The notes under the pieces were generated by a model, which was not told the origin of the DNA, searched no databases, and saw nothing but the letters and a program-made list of their open reading frames with translations. Shown piece after piece: positions 1 to 9,972 of a stretch of DNA of 64,000 bases; the first letter of the stretch is position 1; each line of letters begins with the position of its first letter. The translations under genes were made by a program, and so were the position numbers. The DNA is taken from the NCBI GenBank assembly GCA_963835675.1, contig CAWIGH010000005.1, positions 271,874 through 335,873 of the forward strand, written 5' to 3'. This DNA is from an uncultured Flavobacteriaceae bacterium (GTDB taxonomy: Bacteria > Bacteroidota > Bacteroidia > Flavobacteriales > Flavobacteriaceae).

Positions 1-373
1 TCGCGACTGCAGCACCTAATAATTCAAATACGATTGAAACCGTAGTTGATGTGGGCATGCCCAACGTATTGAAGAAATCGAGCAGTAGAATATCAGTGAT
101 CATGACTGCCATAAAAATGATCATGATTTCGCTAAAGTAGAACTCTCCCGGAATAAAAATGCCTTTTCGTGCGACTTCCATCAACCCGCTGGAAAAGATA
201 GCTCCGAAAGCAACACCAAGACTTGCAACGATCATTATGGTTCTAAAAGAGATGGCTTTAGAGCCAATGGCAGAATTTAAAAAATTAACTGCGTCATTGC
301 TAACGCCTACAACAAGATCTGCAATAGCAAGGGCGGCTAGCGCAATGATCATTAGAAAGTAAATATTATCCAT
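1..373 (-). CDS. Inorganic phosphate transporter (PiT family), N-terminal part, runs off the window
   Basis: Manual translation from ATG at 373: MDNIYFLMIIALAALAIADLVVGVSNDAVNFLNSAIGS...LGMPTSTT; PiT signature, directly downstream of phoU. Confidence 0.88.
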   Translation of the reverse strand, partial: MDNIYFLMIIALAALAIADLVVGVSNDAVNFLNSAIGSKAISFRTIMIVASLGVAFGAIFSSGLMEVARKGIFIPGEFYFSEIMIIFMAVMITDILLLDFFNTLGMPTSTTVSIVFELLGAAVA

Positions 374-487
374 AAAACTAATTGATGAAAGTAATAGAAA
401 AACGAATTTAAAAATTTATTTTAAATGTTTCCTATATATTAACAATTAGTTATGAAGAAATGATTTTTCTTTGTAAACCTATAGAAG

Positions 488-1157
488 TTATTTCTTTTTC
501 TTTTTATGTTTAAGCACCTCTGCATCTATATAAAAGATAATTTCTTCGGCAACATTTTTTATGAGATCGCCTACGCGCTCTAATTTTTTTACCACCGAAA
601 AAACTAGAAGCGCATCATGAATAACCTTATGATCTTTTATAATTGCTTCTTCGATAATCTTAAAAGAATTGATATTTATTTTGTCTAAAACTTTATCTTT
701 TTTAAACACCTTCCTGGCAGTTTTAACATCCTTTTCTGTATAGGCAAATGTAATGTGATCCATCATAGAATCAATAGTTTCATACATTTTATCAAACTCG
801 AGTAGCTTTTAACAAATGCGGTGCTATTTTTTTATCATTTTCAACCACATATTTTGAGATGTTAAAGGCATGATCGGCTATTCTTTCCAATTCGTAATTA
901 ATTTTCAATACAGCAATAATAAATCTAAGATCAGTAGCTACCGGATTATATAGGGCCAAAAACCTTTCGCAATCTTTTTCAATTTTTAGATCCAAGGCAT
1001 TTATATGTGTTTCTCTGTACAAAACCTCTTCTGCCAAATCACTATCGTTGTTTATAAAAGCTTCCCTTGCCTTTTGTAATTGCGATTTACATAAGGCAAG
1101 CATTTCAAGACCTGCCTCGTTAATGGCTTTTCTGTGTTGTTCTTCAATTTCTAACAT
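488..1157 (-). CDS. phoU: Phosphate signalling protein PhoU, split by one extra base near 804
   Basis: ORFs 792-1157 and 488-787 each carry a PhoU repeat (LERIADH / LERVGD); length 670 = 669+1; removing one base gives ...LKALEFDKMYET... Confidence 0.9.
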
Positions 1158-1169
1158 AACATCTATATT

Positions 1170-1985
1170 TTATCCGAAACGACCAGTAATATAGTTTTCG
1201 GTTTGTTGTTTTTCGGGATTTGTAAATATCTTTTTTGTCTTATCATACTCAATAAGGTCACCCATATAGAAAAAGGCAGTATAGTCACTAATTCTACTGG
1301 CTTGTTGCATATTATGCGTTACGATAACAATGGTGTATTTTTCTTTAAGGTTATAAATAAGATCTTCTATTTTAGCAGTAGAAATAGGGTCTAAAGAGGC
1401 AGTTGGTTCATCCATTAAGATAATTGAGGGCTCAACAGCCAATGTTCTGGCAATACACAATCGTTGTTGTTGTCCTCCGGATAAAGCAAGGGCAGATTTT
1501 TTTAGATTGTCTTTAACTTCTTCCCAAAGATCTGCTTGTCTTAAGGCTTTCTCAACTCTTTGACTGATAAATTTTTTATCTTTAATGCCTTGAATTTTTA
1601 ATCCATAGGCAACATTTTCAAAAATAGATTTAGGGAATGGATTTGGTTTTTGAAATACCATTCCAATTTCCTTGCGCAATTCTTCAACATCTACCTTTTT
1701 CTTATAAATATTATTGCCATTTATAAGTATTTTCCCTTCCATCCGGAAAGCATCTATATAGTCATTCATCCTGTTAAAGAGCCGGAGAAAAGTAGATTTT
1801 CCACAGCCTGATGGCCCAATAAAGGCCGTTACGGTATTAGGTTTAATGGTCATATTAATACCTCTAATGGCATTAAAATCATCATACCAAACTTTCACGT
1901 CGTTAACTTCAATATTCGAGGTTTTTTTATTCAAAGTATTTATAGTTTTATCTTTTACTTTGTTCTTTTTTATAGTCGTCTCCAT
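1170..1985 (-). CDS. pstB: Phosphate ABC transporter ATPase
   Basis: GPSGCGKST Walker [21 protein letters not shown]; start placed at Met 1985 just after the pstA stop. Confidence 0.96.
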   Translation of the reverse strand: METTIKKNKVKDKTINTLNKKTSNIEVNDVKVWYDDFNAIRGINMTIKPNTVTAFIGPSGCGKSTFLRLFNRMNDYIDAFRMEGKILINGNNIYKKKVDVEELRKEIGMVFQKPNPFPKSIFENVAYGLKIQGIKDKKFISQRVEKALRQADLWEEVKDNLKKSALALSGGQQQRLCIARTLAVEPSIILMDEPTASLDPISTAKIEDLIYNLKEKYTIVIVTHNMQQASRISDYTAFFYMGDLIEYDKTKKIFTNPEKQQTENYITGRFG

Positions 1986-1987
1986 AA

Positions 1988-2842
1988 TTATCTTAATTTC
2001 TTCTGCCATTTATTTCTAAAATATACCGCGATTCCGTTCATAACAAAAGTAATTAATAATAATATGATGATGGCAGCGGCAGCATTTTCTATAAATCCTT
2101 GTTGCGGTCTTGAGATCCAGTTGAATATTTGAATTGGCAATACAGAAAATTCATCCATCGGGTTTTGCGGGGCAAAGGGAACATAGGCCAAGGCACCAAC
2201 AACAATTAATGGTGCCGTTTCGCCTACGGCTCTTGACAAAGCTAAAATTACGCCTGTTAAGATACCTCCAGAAGCGGCTGGCAATATTTGATTCCAAATG
2301 GTTTGCCATTTCGAGGCGCCCAATGCATATGAAGCATCTTTAATAGAACTAGGAACAGCTTTGATTGCCTCTCGAGTAGCCACGATAATAATGGGTAAAA
2401 TCAATAATGATAAGGTTAAACTTCCTGCTAAGACACTTGCGCCTAGACCCATCATCCTAACAAAAACCTCAAGGCCTAACAATCCGTATATAATTGATGG
2501 GACTCCTGCCAAATTGGAAATATTAATCTCCAATAAACCTGCTAATTTATTATGTTGCCCATATTCCTCTAGATATATTCCAGCAGCCACCCCTACCGGG
2601 AAAGCAATGACGGCAGTTAATAATAAGATCCAAATACTGCCCATGAGCGCTGTATAAATACCCGATTTTTCTGCTTTTCTCGATGGTAGATCAGTGAGAA
2701 ATGCCCAGTCGATTCTATTAATACCGTCTATGAGTATATCTCCTATAAAAATAATAAGGAGTACTAATCCAATCAGTGTACAAAATATACCCCAAAATTT
2801 AAAGAGCTTATCTTTCAGCCTGTTTTTTTGAAGATTATTCAT
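1988..2842 (-). CDS. pstA: Phosphate ABC transporter permease
   Basis: [14 protein letters not shown]-like loop [18 protein letters not shown]; operon position. Confidence 0.95.
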   Translation of the reverse strand: MNNLQKNRLKDKLFKFWGIFCTLIGLVLLIIFIGDILIDGINRIDWAFLTDLPSRKAEKSGIYTALMGSIWILLLTAVIAFPVGVAAGIYLEEYGQHNKLAGLLEINISNLAGVPSIIYGLLGLEVFVRMMGLGASVLAGSLTLSLLILPIIIVATREAIKAVPSSIKDASYALGASKWQTIWNQILPAASGGILTGVILALSRAVGETAPLIVVGALAYVPFAPQNPMDEFSVLPIQIFNWISRPQQGFIENAAAAIIILLLITFVMNGIAVYFRNKWQKKLR

Positions 2843-3713
2843 ATTTTTCCTGATATTTTTTTCTAATTCTATAGCTGATGGTATTCAATAAAAAAGTAAA
2901 TACAAACAGTGTTATACCGGCAGCAAAAATGGTTCTATATTCTATCGAACCATGTTGAACATCACCCAAACTAACCTGTACTATATAGGCAGTTATGGTT
3001 TCTACGGGAACGGTCGGATCAAAAGTGAGTCTGGGTTGTTGTCCTGCAGCAATGGCAACGATCATCGTTTCGCCAATAGCCCTAGAAATTGCTAAAATTA
3101 TAGAAACAATGATACCAGACGAAGCAGCAGGAATAATTACTTTAAATGCTGTTTGTAATTTTGTAGCTCCCATACCAAAAGAAGCCTCCCTCAAAGAATT
3201 CGGAACAGCATACAAAGCGTCTTCACTCAAAGAAGACACAAATGGTATGATCATGATACCCATGACGATACCCGCAGAAAGTGAGTTAAAACCAGATAAT
3301 CCCGGAATGAATTGTTGTAAAAATGGTGTAACCACTACTAAGGCAAAAAATCCATAGACTACTGTAGGTACGGCTGCCAATAATTCCAATAATGGTTTAA
3401 TGGTTTTTCTAAAACTTTTAGGAGCATATTCACTTAAATAAATACTTATCGATAATCCGATAGGTAAAGCGACAGCAATGGCAATAAAAGAGGTCAGAAT
3501 AGTTCCTGAAAGCAAGGCTGAGATACCGTAATGTTTATCCGTAAATAAGGGCGTCCATTGTGTATCTGTAAAAAAATCTAAGATGGAAACCTCACTGAAA
3601 AATCGAAAAGCTTCTATGGCCAATACAAAAATGATTCCTACTGTAACTGCAATAGTAACCAATGCGCTGGAAAGTAACGACTTTTCTATGACAAGCTCTT
3701 TTATTTTTCGCAT
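2835..3713 (-). CDS. pstC: Phosphate ABC transporter permease
   Basis: ELLAAVPTVVYG, LREASFGMGATK, SRAIGETMIV. Confidence 0.95.
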   Translation of the reverse strand: MRKIKELVIEKSLLSSALVTIAVTVGIIFVLAIEAFRFFSEVSILDFFTDTQWTPLFTDKHYGISALLSGTILTSFIAIAVALPIGLSISIYLSEYAPKSFRKTIKPLLELLAAVPTVVYGFFALVVVTPFLQQFIPGLSGFNSLSAGIVMGIMIIPFVSSLSEDALYAVPNSLREASFGMGATKLQTAFKVIIPAASSGIIVSIILAISRAIGETMIVAIAAGQQPRLTFDPTVPVETITAYIVQVSLGDVQHGSIEYRTIFAAGITLFVFTFLLNTISYRIRKKYQEKYE

Positions 3714-3736
3714 TTAATAATTGTTTTAAATAAGGA

Positions 3737-3762
3737 AATCAGATGCCAAAAGACATCTGATT
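3737..3762 (-). terminator. Stem-loop between pstS and pstC (terminator or mRNA-stabilising hairpin)
   Basis: AATCAGATG-8nt-CATCTGATT perfect 9-bp stem. Confidence 0.6.
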
Positions 3763-3784
3763 ATACCCGTTAACCAACTTTTGC

Positions 3785-4734
3785 TTATTTGTTACTTTCA
3801 ACAAAAGCCTTAAAACTTTCTTTTGCTTTTTCATAGTTTTCTGTTGGGAGCGGTATATATCCAACATCCTTAGACAATTCTCCCGCATTATCTATGTAGA
3901 AGTTTACAAACTCCACAACTTCTGGTTGATTTAACCGAAGTGCTATTTACATAAATAAATAATGGTCTTGATAATGGTTTATAGGTACCATTGCTAACGG
4001 TTTCTAAAGTTGGCTTTACAACTTCTTCTCCATTATTTACACCAATTAATCTAAGCTTATCTTTGTTTTCTGCATAGTATGCCAAACCAAAAAATCCTAA
4101 AGAAAATTTATCCCCGGCGATTCCTTGTACCAGTACATGGTCATCTTCACTGGCGGTAAAATCACCTCTACTTGAACCACTTTTTCCTACTACGGCTTCG
4201 GTAAAATAATCGTAAGTACCTGAAGCTACACCAGGTCCGAATAAATGAATTTCTTCATTGGGCCATTCCGGACGAATTTGGTTCCATTTCATGATCTTTC
4301 CCTGAGCTGCTGGTTCCCATATTTTTTTTAATTCTTCAACATGTGAAATTGTCTACCCAATCATTTTCCGGATGCACTAATACAGCTAATCCATCGTAGG
4401 CAACTTCTAATTCTAAATATGTGATATTATTTTCTGCACAGGCCGCTATTTCTTTATCTTTTATAGGTCTTGATGCATTTGAAAGGTTTGTTTCACCTCT
4501 GGAGAATTTTTTAAATCCACCTCCGGTTCCTGAAACACCAATAGTTACCTTAACATTAGGTTGAGCAGATCTAAATTCTTCTGCTACCGCTTCAGTAATG
4601 GGGAAAACGGTACTTGAACCATCAACCTTTATGGTGCCTTCTAAAGCAACACTATCACTTTTAGAAGTTTCTTTTTTTTCTCCACAAGCCACTACGATTA
4701 GTGCCAGTGTAATAATTGTTATTAATTTTTTCAT
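3785..4734 (-). CDS. pstS: Phosphate-binding lipoprotein PstS, broken by two extra bases (~4341, ~3926)
   Basis: Lipobox [35 protein letters not shown]; length 950 = 948+2; correcting two single-base insertions restores a 315-aa ORF ending ...AFVESNK*. Confidence 0.9.
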
Positions 4735-4758
4735 TCTTTACTATTCGTTTTTATGGTG

Positions 4759-4838
4759 CAAATTAACGGCTCTAATGTTACCAGAAGGTTACCAAATAAT
4801 GAAGAAATTGCGAGTAGAAGGTTATGATTGTGTTAACA
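4759..4838 (-). promoter_or_regulatory. pstS promoter with Pho-box-like 11-bp-period repeats
   Basis: GTTACCA 4777, GTTACCA 4788, GTTATGA 4821 and GTTAACA 4832, all in 11-bp register; -7-like TTAATTTG (minus strand) at 4759-4766. Confidence 0.65.
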
Positions 4839-4923
4839 GAATGAACTTGTATAAGATGAGAACCAGTTTAACCGGCTCACGACTACCAATTCAACAATTA
4901 TTAGAGAAGGCGTATGAAGTATA

Positions 4924-4974
4924 CCCGCCTGCCACTATAAATATTTATTGAGGCGGGCAGGGGCGTTGTTGTGC
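4924..4974 (-). repeat. Terminal attC-like half-site S0 containing a 38-bp nested REP-like insert (4924-4961)
   Basis: Host TATA|GGCGTT-GTTGTGC; insert CCCG-CCTGCC-ACT-[ATAAATATTTATTGAGGCG]-GGCAGG, also present at 12582 and 18013. Confidence 0.7.
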
Positions 4975-5033
4975 TTTCGTGCTTTTCTCATCCTTTTCAT
5001 TTATGAAACGAACAGATGTTTATCAATATCTAA

Positions 5034-5441
5034 TTATTCTTTATCAAACCCATCAACAATGACTCCTCCCATAGATGCAGGAAAACCGAGTATTATTATT
5101 CTTTTCAAGGCAATTATGGGTTCGTCTAAAATTGGCATTCTGTTAAGTGCAAATAGAACAATAAAAACGATAATAAGGGCAATTCCATAATCAATAATGA
5201 TTCGTAAAACGAAATGGGATAATCTGTGCTTTATTTGTCCTTGAAATATTCCTTGAATAGAGTATAAACTTATAAATAATAACGATAAAAAAACTAGTAC
5301 TATTACATTAAGTAATGGTAACGTTTCGCTAAGTCTCCAAGATTCTTCTGAGAATGCTACAGGAACAGTCAATGCAGAGGACCCAACTATTACCTGAACA
5401 ATATCTTCTGTGTTGATAGATTTTTTGAAAGATTTAATCAT
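5034..5441 (-). CDS. DUF2391 / TIGR02587-like membrane protein (cassette C16)
   Basis: EDIVQVIVGSSALTVPVAFSEESW...FPASMGG; hydrophobic helices. Confidence 0.75.
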   Translation of the reverse strand: MIKSFKKSINTEDIVQVIVGSSALTVPVAFSEESWRLSETLPLLNVIVLVFLSLLFISLYSIQGIFQGQIKHRLSHFVLRIIIDYGIALIIVFIVLFALNRMPILDEPIIALKRIIILGFPASMGGVIVDGFDKE

Positions 5442-5539
5442 TTTTATTTATACAATTTACGCAACTGTTTGTATTAAACATTTAATATTTCTTGCATGAA
5501 GCCCAATGGTTTGTAAGTGGTTAGTTTCGGAAAATCCGA

Positions 5540-5560
5540 CTTGCCACGCCAAAGGCGTGG
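5540..5560 (+). repeat. 21-nt REP-like unit (leader + hairpin)
   Basis: CTTG-CCACGCC-AAA-GGCGTGG in the loop of the AAAATCC/GGATTTT sub-hairpin. Confidence 0.75.
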
Positions 5561-5659
5561 TGGATTTTCCGACGTAGGGGCAAGTTAATTAATTCATGTG
5601 ACACGAGCAACGCGAACTGGCGCAAGCAATTTCCTGCGCGTAAATTAAGTAGCAATTAA

Positions 5660-5698
5660 CCTGCCTGCCGGTTTACCCGCCTCTGGAGGGCAGGCAGG
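5660..5698 (+). repeat. 39-bp nested REP-like composite, identical to 8877-8915
   Basis: CCTGCCTGCCGG-[TTTA-CCCGCC-TCT-GGAGGG]-CAGGCAGG inserted at AA|TTATA. Confidence 0.85.
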
Positions 5699-5765
5699 TT
5701 ATACACGTTGTCGGCAGTAGTACTTATAATTATTTAAATTTATACAACCAAGCAATAGCATTTTG

Positions 5766-7838
5766 TTACTTTAATTTCATCAATAAGTATGAAAATGTCA
5801 TAGCACTAGATTTTGCACTTTGTTCATTTGTCGATGAGCCTCCATGACCGCCTTCAATGTTTTCATAGTAATAGATAGGATGTCCCATATCAATCATTTT
5901 AGCTGCCATTTTTCTTGCATGGCCGGGATGAACGCGGTCATCACGAGTAGACGTATAAAAGTAGACTTCTGGATAATCCACATCTTTTTTTAGATTGTGA
6001 TATGGAGAGTATTTTTTAATATATTCCCATTCTTCTGGGATATCTGGATTTCCATATTCTCCCATCCAACTGGCTCCTGCAAGTAATTTATTATAGCGTT
6101 GCATATCTAACAACGGAACTTGACAAACCACTGCATTATATAGGTCAGGTCTTTGTGTAAAGGCAACGCCAACTAATAAGCCACCGTTACTGCCTCCCAT
6201 AATACCTAAATGTTTTGGTGATGTTATCTTTTTCTCAATTAAATCTTCAGCTACGGAATGGAAATCATCGAAAACATTTTGTCGCTTTTCCTTTAATCCA
6301 GCCTGATGCCATTTTGGACCAAACTCACCACCACCACGAATATTGGCAAGAACAAATACACCACCATTATCTAACCATGACGTTCCGAAAGTAGCAGAAT
6401 AAAATGGTTCTTGCGAGATTTCAAATCCACCATAAGCGTAAAGTAAGGTCGCGTTATTTCCGTCGGCCTTCATGGTTTTAGATGATACCATAAAATAGGG
6501 TATGAGTGTTCCGTCTTTTGATTTTGACATGAACTGATTGACTTTATATTTGTCACCGTCAAAATACGTTGTAAGCGATTTAAAAGGTTTTAGTGTATTA
6601 GTGTCTGCATTTGCGATGTATAAGGTTGTTGGTGTAAGGAAGTTGTTATATGTGAAAAAATATTCATCTGATAAATCACTCAAATCCATAATAGAAATTG
6701 TTCCAAAATCGGGTGCATTTACTTTTTCACTTATCCATTTATTATTCTCATAAGAATAGATAAATAGTTCACTAATTACATTGTGAAGTAAGGTTATTAG
6801 GAGCTTGTTTTTTGTACTTGAAACCCCAGTTATACTTGATGATTCATCAGGTTGAATAATTAGTTGAATCTCTTTTTGTCCGTTTAGTAATTTAGTAAAA
6901 TTTAAACTTAGTAGTGAGCCTTGTTTATAGGTTTTATCATCTACGATCCAATCTGATTTTAATTGAATAATTAACTGGTTATTCAGCAGATTTTGAGGAG
7001 AGGCATCGCCAGGTATATCTAATTTTATTTGTTTATCGTCAACCAATATAAAATAAGAAATATCAGTCCTAGAAACGTAGCGAACAACGGTTTTATACTT
7101 TGTTGAACCGTCTCTAAATATAAATCCCGATGCTAGGATATCTTCCTTTTCGCCTTCATACAGAAGTGTCGCGTCTTTTAATAATGTTCCTCTTTCCCAT
7201 AGTTTAACTTGTCTTGGATATCCGGAAGTCGTCATGGTATTTTCACCAAAATCGGAAGATAAAATCAAGTTGTTTTTGTCCACATAACTTGCACTTCCCT
7301 TAGATTCTGGAACATAAAAACCATCGGCTATAAATGTCTTTGTATTTACATCAAATTCTTTTTTAATCGTGGCATCACCACCACCTTTTGAAAGGCTAAC
7401 AATAAATCGATCATAATCTGGATATAAACCAGTCGCACCTTTATAAACCCATTTTATATCATCAGTTTTAGACATTTCATCTAAATCTAAGAGTATTTCC
7501 CACGTTGGGTTTCCATTTATGTATTCTTTTTTTGGACTTCTTCTCCAAATACCTCTTACATGATCTTTATCTTTCCAGAAATTATAAACAAATTCACCGT
7601 AGGTTGAAGGGTAAGCAATGCGATCTTTAGAATTATATATTTCTAGAGATTTATCGTAAATGGCTTGATATTCAGCTATGCTACTTAATTTGTCTTGGGT
7701 TATTTTGTTTTGCTTCTTCACGAATTCTAATGATTTTTCGCCGTCGATGTCTTCTAACCATAGGTAAGGATCTTCTTGGGCTTGCATTGTAAATAGTGAA
7801 GTGAAAATTGCTAGAAAAAATAAAGTGTTCTTTGTCAT
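5766..7838 (-). CDS. Prolyl oligopeptidase family (S9A) serine peptidase, secreted (C15)
   Basis: Signal peptide, EDPYLWLED, GGSNGG nucleophile, DDRVHPGH, EGGHG. Confidence 0.93.
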   Translation of the reverse strand: MTKNTLFFLAIFTSLFTMQAQEDPYLWLEDIDGEKSLEFVKKQNKITQDKLSSIAEYQAIYDKSLEIYNSKDRIAYPSTYGEFVYNFWKDKDHVRGIWRRSPKKEYINGNPTWEILLDLDEMSKTDDIKWVYKGATGLYPDYDRFIVSLSKGGGDATIKKEFDVNTKTFIADGFYVPESKGSASYVDKNNLILSSDFGENTMTTSGYPRQVKLWERGTLLKDATLLYEGEKEDILASGFIFRDGSTKYKTVVRYVSRTDISYFILVDDKQIKLDIPGDASPQNLLNNQLIIQLKSDWIVDDKTYKQGSLLSLNFTKLLNGQKEIQLIIQPDESSSITGVSSTKNKLLITLLHNVISELFIYSYENNKWISEKVNAPDFGTISIMDLSDLSDEYFFTYNNFLTPTTLYIANADTNTLKPFKSLTTYFDGDKYKVNQFMSKSKDGTLIPYFMVSSKTMKADGNNATLLYAYGGFEISQEPFYSATFGTSWLDNGGVFVLANIRGGGEFGPKWHQAGLKEKRQNVFDDFHSVAEDLIEKKITSPKHLGIMGGSNGGLLVGVAFTQRPDLYNAVVCQVPLLDMQRYNKLLAGASWMGEYGNPDIPEEWEYIKKYSPYHNLKKDVDYPEVYFYTSTRDDRVHPGHARKMAAKMIDMGHPIYYYENIEGGHGGSSTNEQSAKSSAMTFSYLLMKLK

Positions 7839-7881
7839 TATTTATAATTTAGTGTTGTGTTTTTATTTTAAAGGGTATTAT

Positions 7882-7988
7882 TGCCAACGTTTGGGCTCGT
7901 ATGTTTTTCCGATGAGAAATCAAGCGGGTTAAATATACTAAACTTTGGTGTTTCACAAAACCACAATAGATTATAGCCATTGTTAGCT
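7882..7988 (-). repeat. attC-like site S2 (107 bp)
   Basis: TGCCAAC...GTATG ... TTATAgccatt-GTTAGCT; shares GAGAAATCAA.CGGGTTAAA with S3. Confidence 0.8.
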
Positions 7989-7992
7989 ATAG

Positions 7993-8736
7993 TTATTTTG
8001 AAATTAATTCATCCAATTTGGCTTTTAACTCAGGGACTGTATGTTTTATATTACGCGTTTCAGACACTTCTAACTTTATTCCATTTGAAATAAAATTTAT
8101 AATGCCATTTTTGTCTACTAATAAAATTTTTGGATAGCTCTCTGGCTTGAAAGTATTCTTTAATAGTTCCTCTTGATCTGTTATAATATCAAAATCAAAT
8201 GGTTTCCTTTTTAAGAAGTCAATTACCTTAGTTTTAGAATCGAATGTTATCGCAATGAAATTAGCATTCGAGTCATATTCAGCTTTTAGTTTATTTAGCT
8301 CTGGAATTTCCTTTAAACAAGGTGTGCAGTTGACAAACCATAAGTTGATAAATGTTACTTTTCCCTTAAGTATTTTATTATTTATTTTGATGTTAGTTAG
8401 TGTTATCAAATCTAAATCAGGCAATTCTTCGTTTTGTAAATTAAAAATTGCATCTCTCTTATAATCAACTTTTCTTAAATCCAAACTTAGTTTGACAAAA
8501 GTTATAGTTGAATCATTACGAGTGATTGTATTTCCTAATTCGTAACTAACACTCTTAGCGATAAATCCATATTTTTCAACGGAAGTCTTGTTGTAATTGT
8601 CTTTTGTTTTATTTAAAAACACTTGAATACTATCCTTGTCTGATAGTATTCTCTCAGTACCCTCGATTTGAAAATACTCTTGAGATATCAAAATTGATGT
8701 AAATAAGGCAAAACAAATGCATGCAATCTTTTTCAT
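7993..8736 (-). CDS. TlpA-family thiol-disulfide oxidoreductase (C14)
   Basis: LKGKVTFINLWFVNCTPCLKEIPELN (CxxC), YPKILLVDKNG. Confidence 0.88.
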   Translation of the reverse strand: MKKIACICFALFTSILISQEYFQIEGTERILSDKDSIQVFLNKTKDNYNKTSVEKYGFIAKSVSYELGNTITRNDSTITFVKLSLDLRKVDYKRDAIFNLQNEELPDLDLITLTNIKINNKILKGKVTFINLWFVNCTPCLKEIPELNKLKAEYDSNANFIAITFDSKTKVIDFLKRKPFDFDIITDQEELLKNTFKPESYPKILLVDKNGIINFISNGIKLEVSETRNIKHTVPELKAKLDELISK

Positions 8737-8783
8737 AATTATAGCTAACGTTAGAGCTATGGTTTCGTTGCGGGATCGTCCGT

Positions 8784-8804
8784 CCCGCCGTGCTTTGGCG
8801 TGGG
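8784..8804 (+). repeat. 21-nt REP-like unit
   Basis: CCCGCCGTGCTTTGGCGTGGG between GTCCGT and AGGAC. Confidence 0.7.
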
Positions 8805-8876
8805 AGGACTATTCCGCTGAGAAATCAAACGGGTTAAAGATATAAATATTTAAGATAGAGTAAAAGCCATGCTGAA

Positions 8877-8915
8877 CCTGCCTGCCGGTTTACCCGCCTC
8901 TGGAGGGCAGGCAGG
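8877..8915 (+). repeat. 39-bp nested REP-like composite
   Basis: Exact copy of 5660-5698, again at AA|TTATA. Confidence 0.85.
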
Positions 8916-8944
8916 TTATAGACATTGTTATAGCCAGTTATTTT

Positions 8945-9754
8945 TCATTTATTATTGTAATTTTTCCAAAATTCTTCACATCTTTCTTTTTCGGCTTGTT
9001 TTAAAATTGTAAAACCTAGTTCAATTGCTTTATAAAAATCATCACAGGCTTTCATTTTTTCTCCGACCTCATATAAAGCCAATCCACGAAGAAAGTAAGC
9101 ATTTTTATTATTTGGGTCTAACGATATTGCTTTATTACAATCAAATACTACTCCGTTCAAGTCATTTGGAAATCTAGTTCCAGCCCTGTTTACATAAACT
9201 CTTGCGTTTAAAGTGTCTTTTAATAAATATTTATCAAAATCATCTTTTGCCAGTTTGGTCATACCTGTTGCTAAATATATCCTTGCTCTATTTAAATATG
9301 ATTCAGGTTCTGGCGATTTTGATATTTCATCATCAAGAGTCTTTAAAAGATTATCGAAATCAGGTCTTGTCCAAAATCCCATAGTAGTTTTTATCCTTCC
9401 ACTACAATCGTCATCGATTAAGTCAAAAGAGACATAGTAATCTGTTAGATAAACCTTGTACTGCCCATAGCCTTTGCACATTTGCCCTTCTTTATCAATA
9501 AATTTGATTGTATCTCCTGACAATTCATATGTTGCAATAACATCTACGGTTTGGTCATTTCCAAAATCGCCTGCGATCAATCCGTTGTCTTTAAACTCAA
9601 AGCCGATTGGACCAGTTTGTCCGATCCTTACCCACTTACCAATTAGCGTATTTTCAGACTTTGTACTTGTCTTATTATTTTGCTTTTTACTAGAATTGCA
9701 GGCAAAAAAAATTCCACTTGAAAGGAGGATCAAAAAAAATAATTTTGTTTTCAT
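8945..9754 (-). CDS. TPR-containing lipoprotein (C13)
   Basis: Lipobox FFAC; TPR motifs (YLNRARIYL, AYFLRGLALY, ACDDFYKAIELG). Confidence 0.8.
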   Translation of the reverse strand: MKTKLFFLILLSSGIFFACNSSKKQNNKTSTKSENTLIGKWVRIGQTGPIGFEFKDNGLIAGDFGNDQTVDVIATYELSGDTIKFIDKEGQMCKGYGQYKVYLTDYYVSFDLIDDDCSGRIKTTMGFWTRPDFDNLLKTLDDEISKSPEPESYLNRARIYLATGMTKLAKDDFDKYLLKDTLNARVYVNRAGTRFPNDLNGVVFDCNKAISLDPNNKNAYFLRGLALYEVGEKMKACDDFYKAIELGFTILKQAEKERCEEFWKNYNNK

Positions 9755-9798
9755 CTTTATCTTTTTTTTTGTTTGACAATGCTGCTTTTTAAAATTGG

Positions 9799-9914
9799 AT
9801 ATAACATTGTTGTATAAGATTAGTTGCGTGTTTTAAGCGACTAATTTAGCAAATACAAACCGAATAGACACGAGCGTAGCGAACTGGCGTAAGCAATTAT
9901 AGCCAGTGTTAGCC
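9799..9914 (-). repeat. attC-like site S4 (116 bp)
   Basis: ATATAAC-attgttGTATAAG ... TTATAgccagt-GTTAGCC. Confidence 0.82.
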
Positions 9915-9972
9915 TATCGTTATTATGTTCAAGTTTAGTTAAAAATTCTAATTATATAGTTTATGAATGTAA

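Larger units (their letters stand above)
5501..5716 (-). repeat. attC-like site S1 (216 bp), both cores mutated (AAT, GTC), carrying REP-like inserts at 5540-5560 and 5660-5698
   Basis: GCCCAAT-ggtttGTAAG ... TTATAcacgtt-GTCGGCA. Confidence 0.75.
8743..8933 (-). repeat. attC-like site S3 (191 bp) with REP-like inserts at 8784-8804 and 8877-8915
   Basis: AGCTAAC-gttagagcTATG ... TTATAgacatt-GTTATAG. Confidence 0.82.

Noticed and set aside
788-4345. Programmed frameshifting in phoU/pstS (also dxs)
   Set aside because: No slippery heptamers or stimulators at the break points; plain single-base insertions explain them.
4598-5190. Plus-strand ORFs 4598-4951 and 4948-5190 (likewise 12555-12974, 19509-19721, 10789-10983)
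   Set aside because: They are chance frames running through promoters, repeats or antisense to real genes.
5456-5476. Extra half-site-like motif CGCAAC-TGTTT-GTATTAA just inside C16
   Set aside because: Could be a relic of a lost site, but it has no partner arm. The 5501 core matches C16's end better, so it was not counted.
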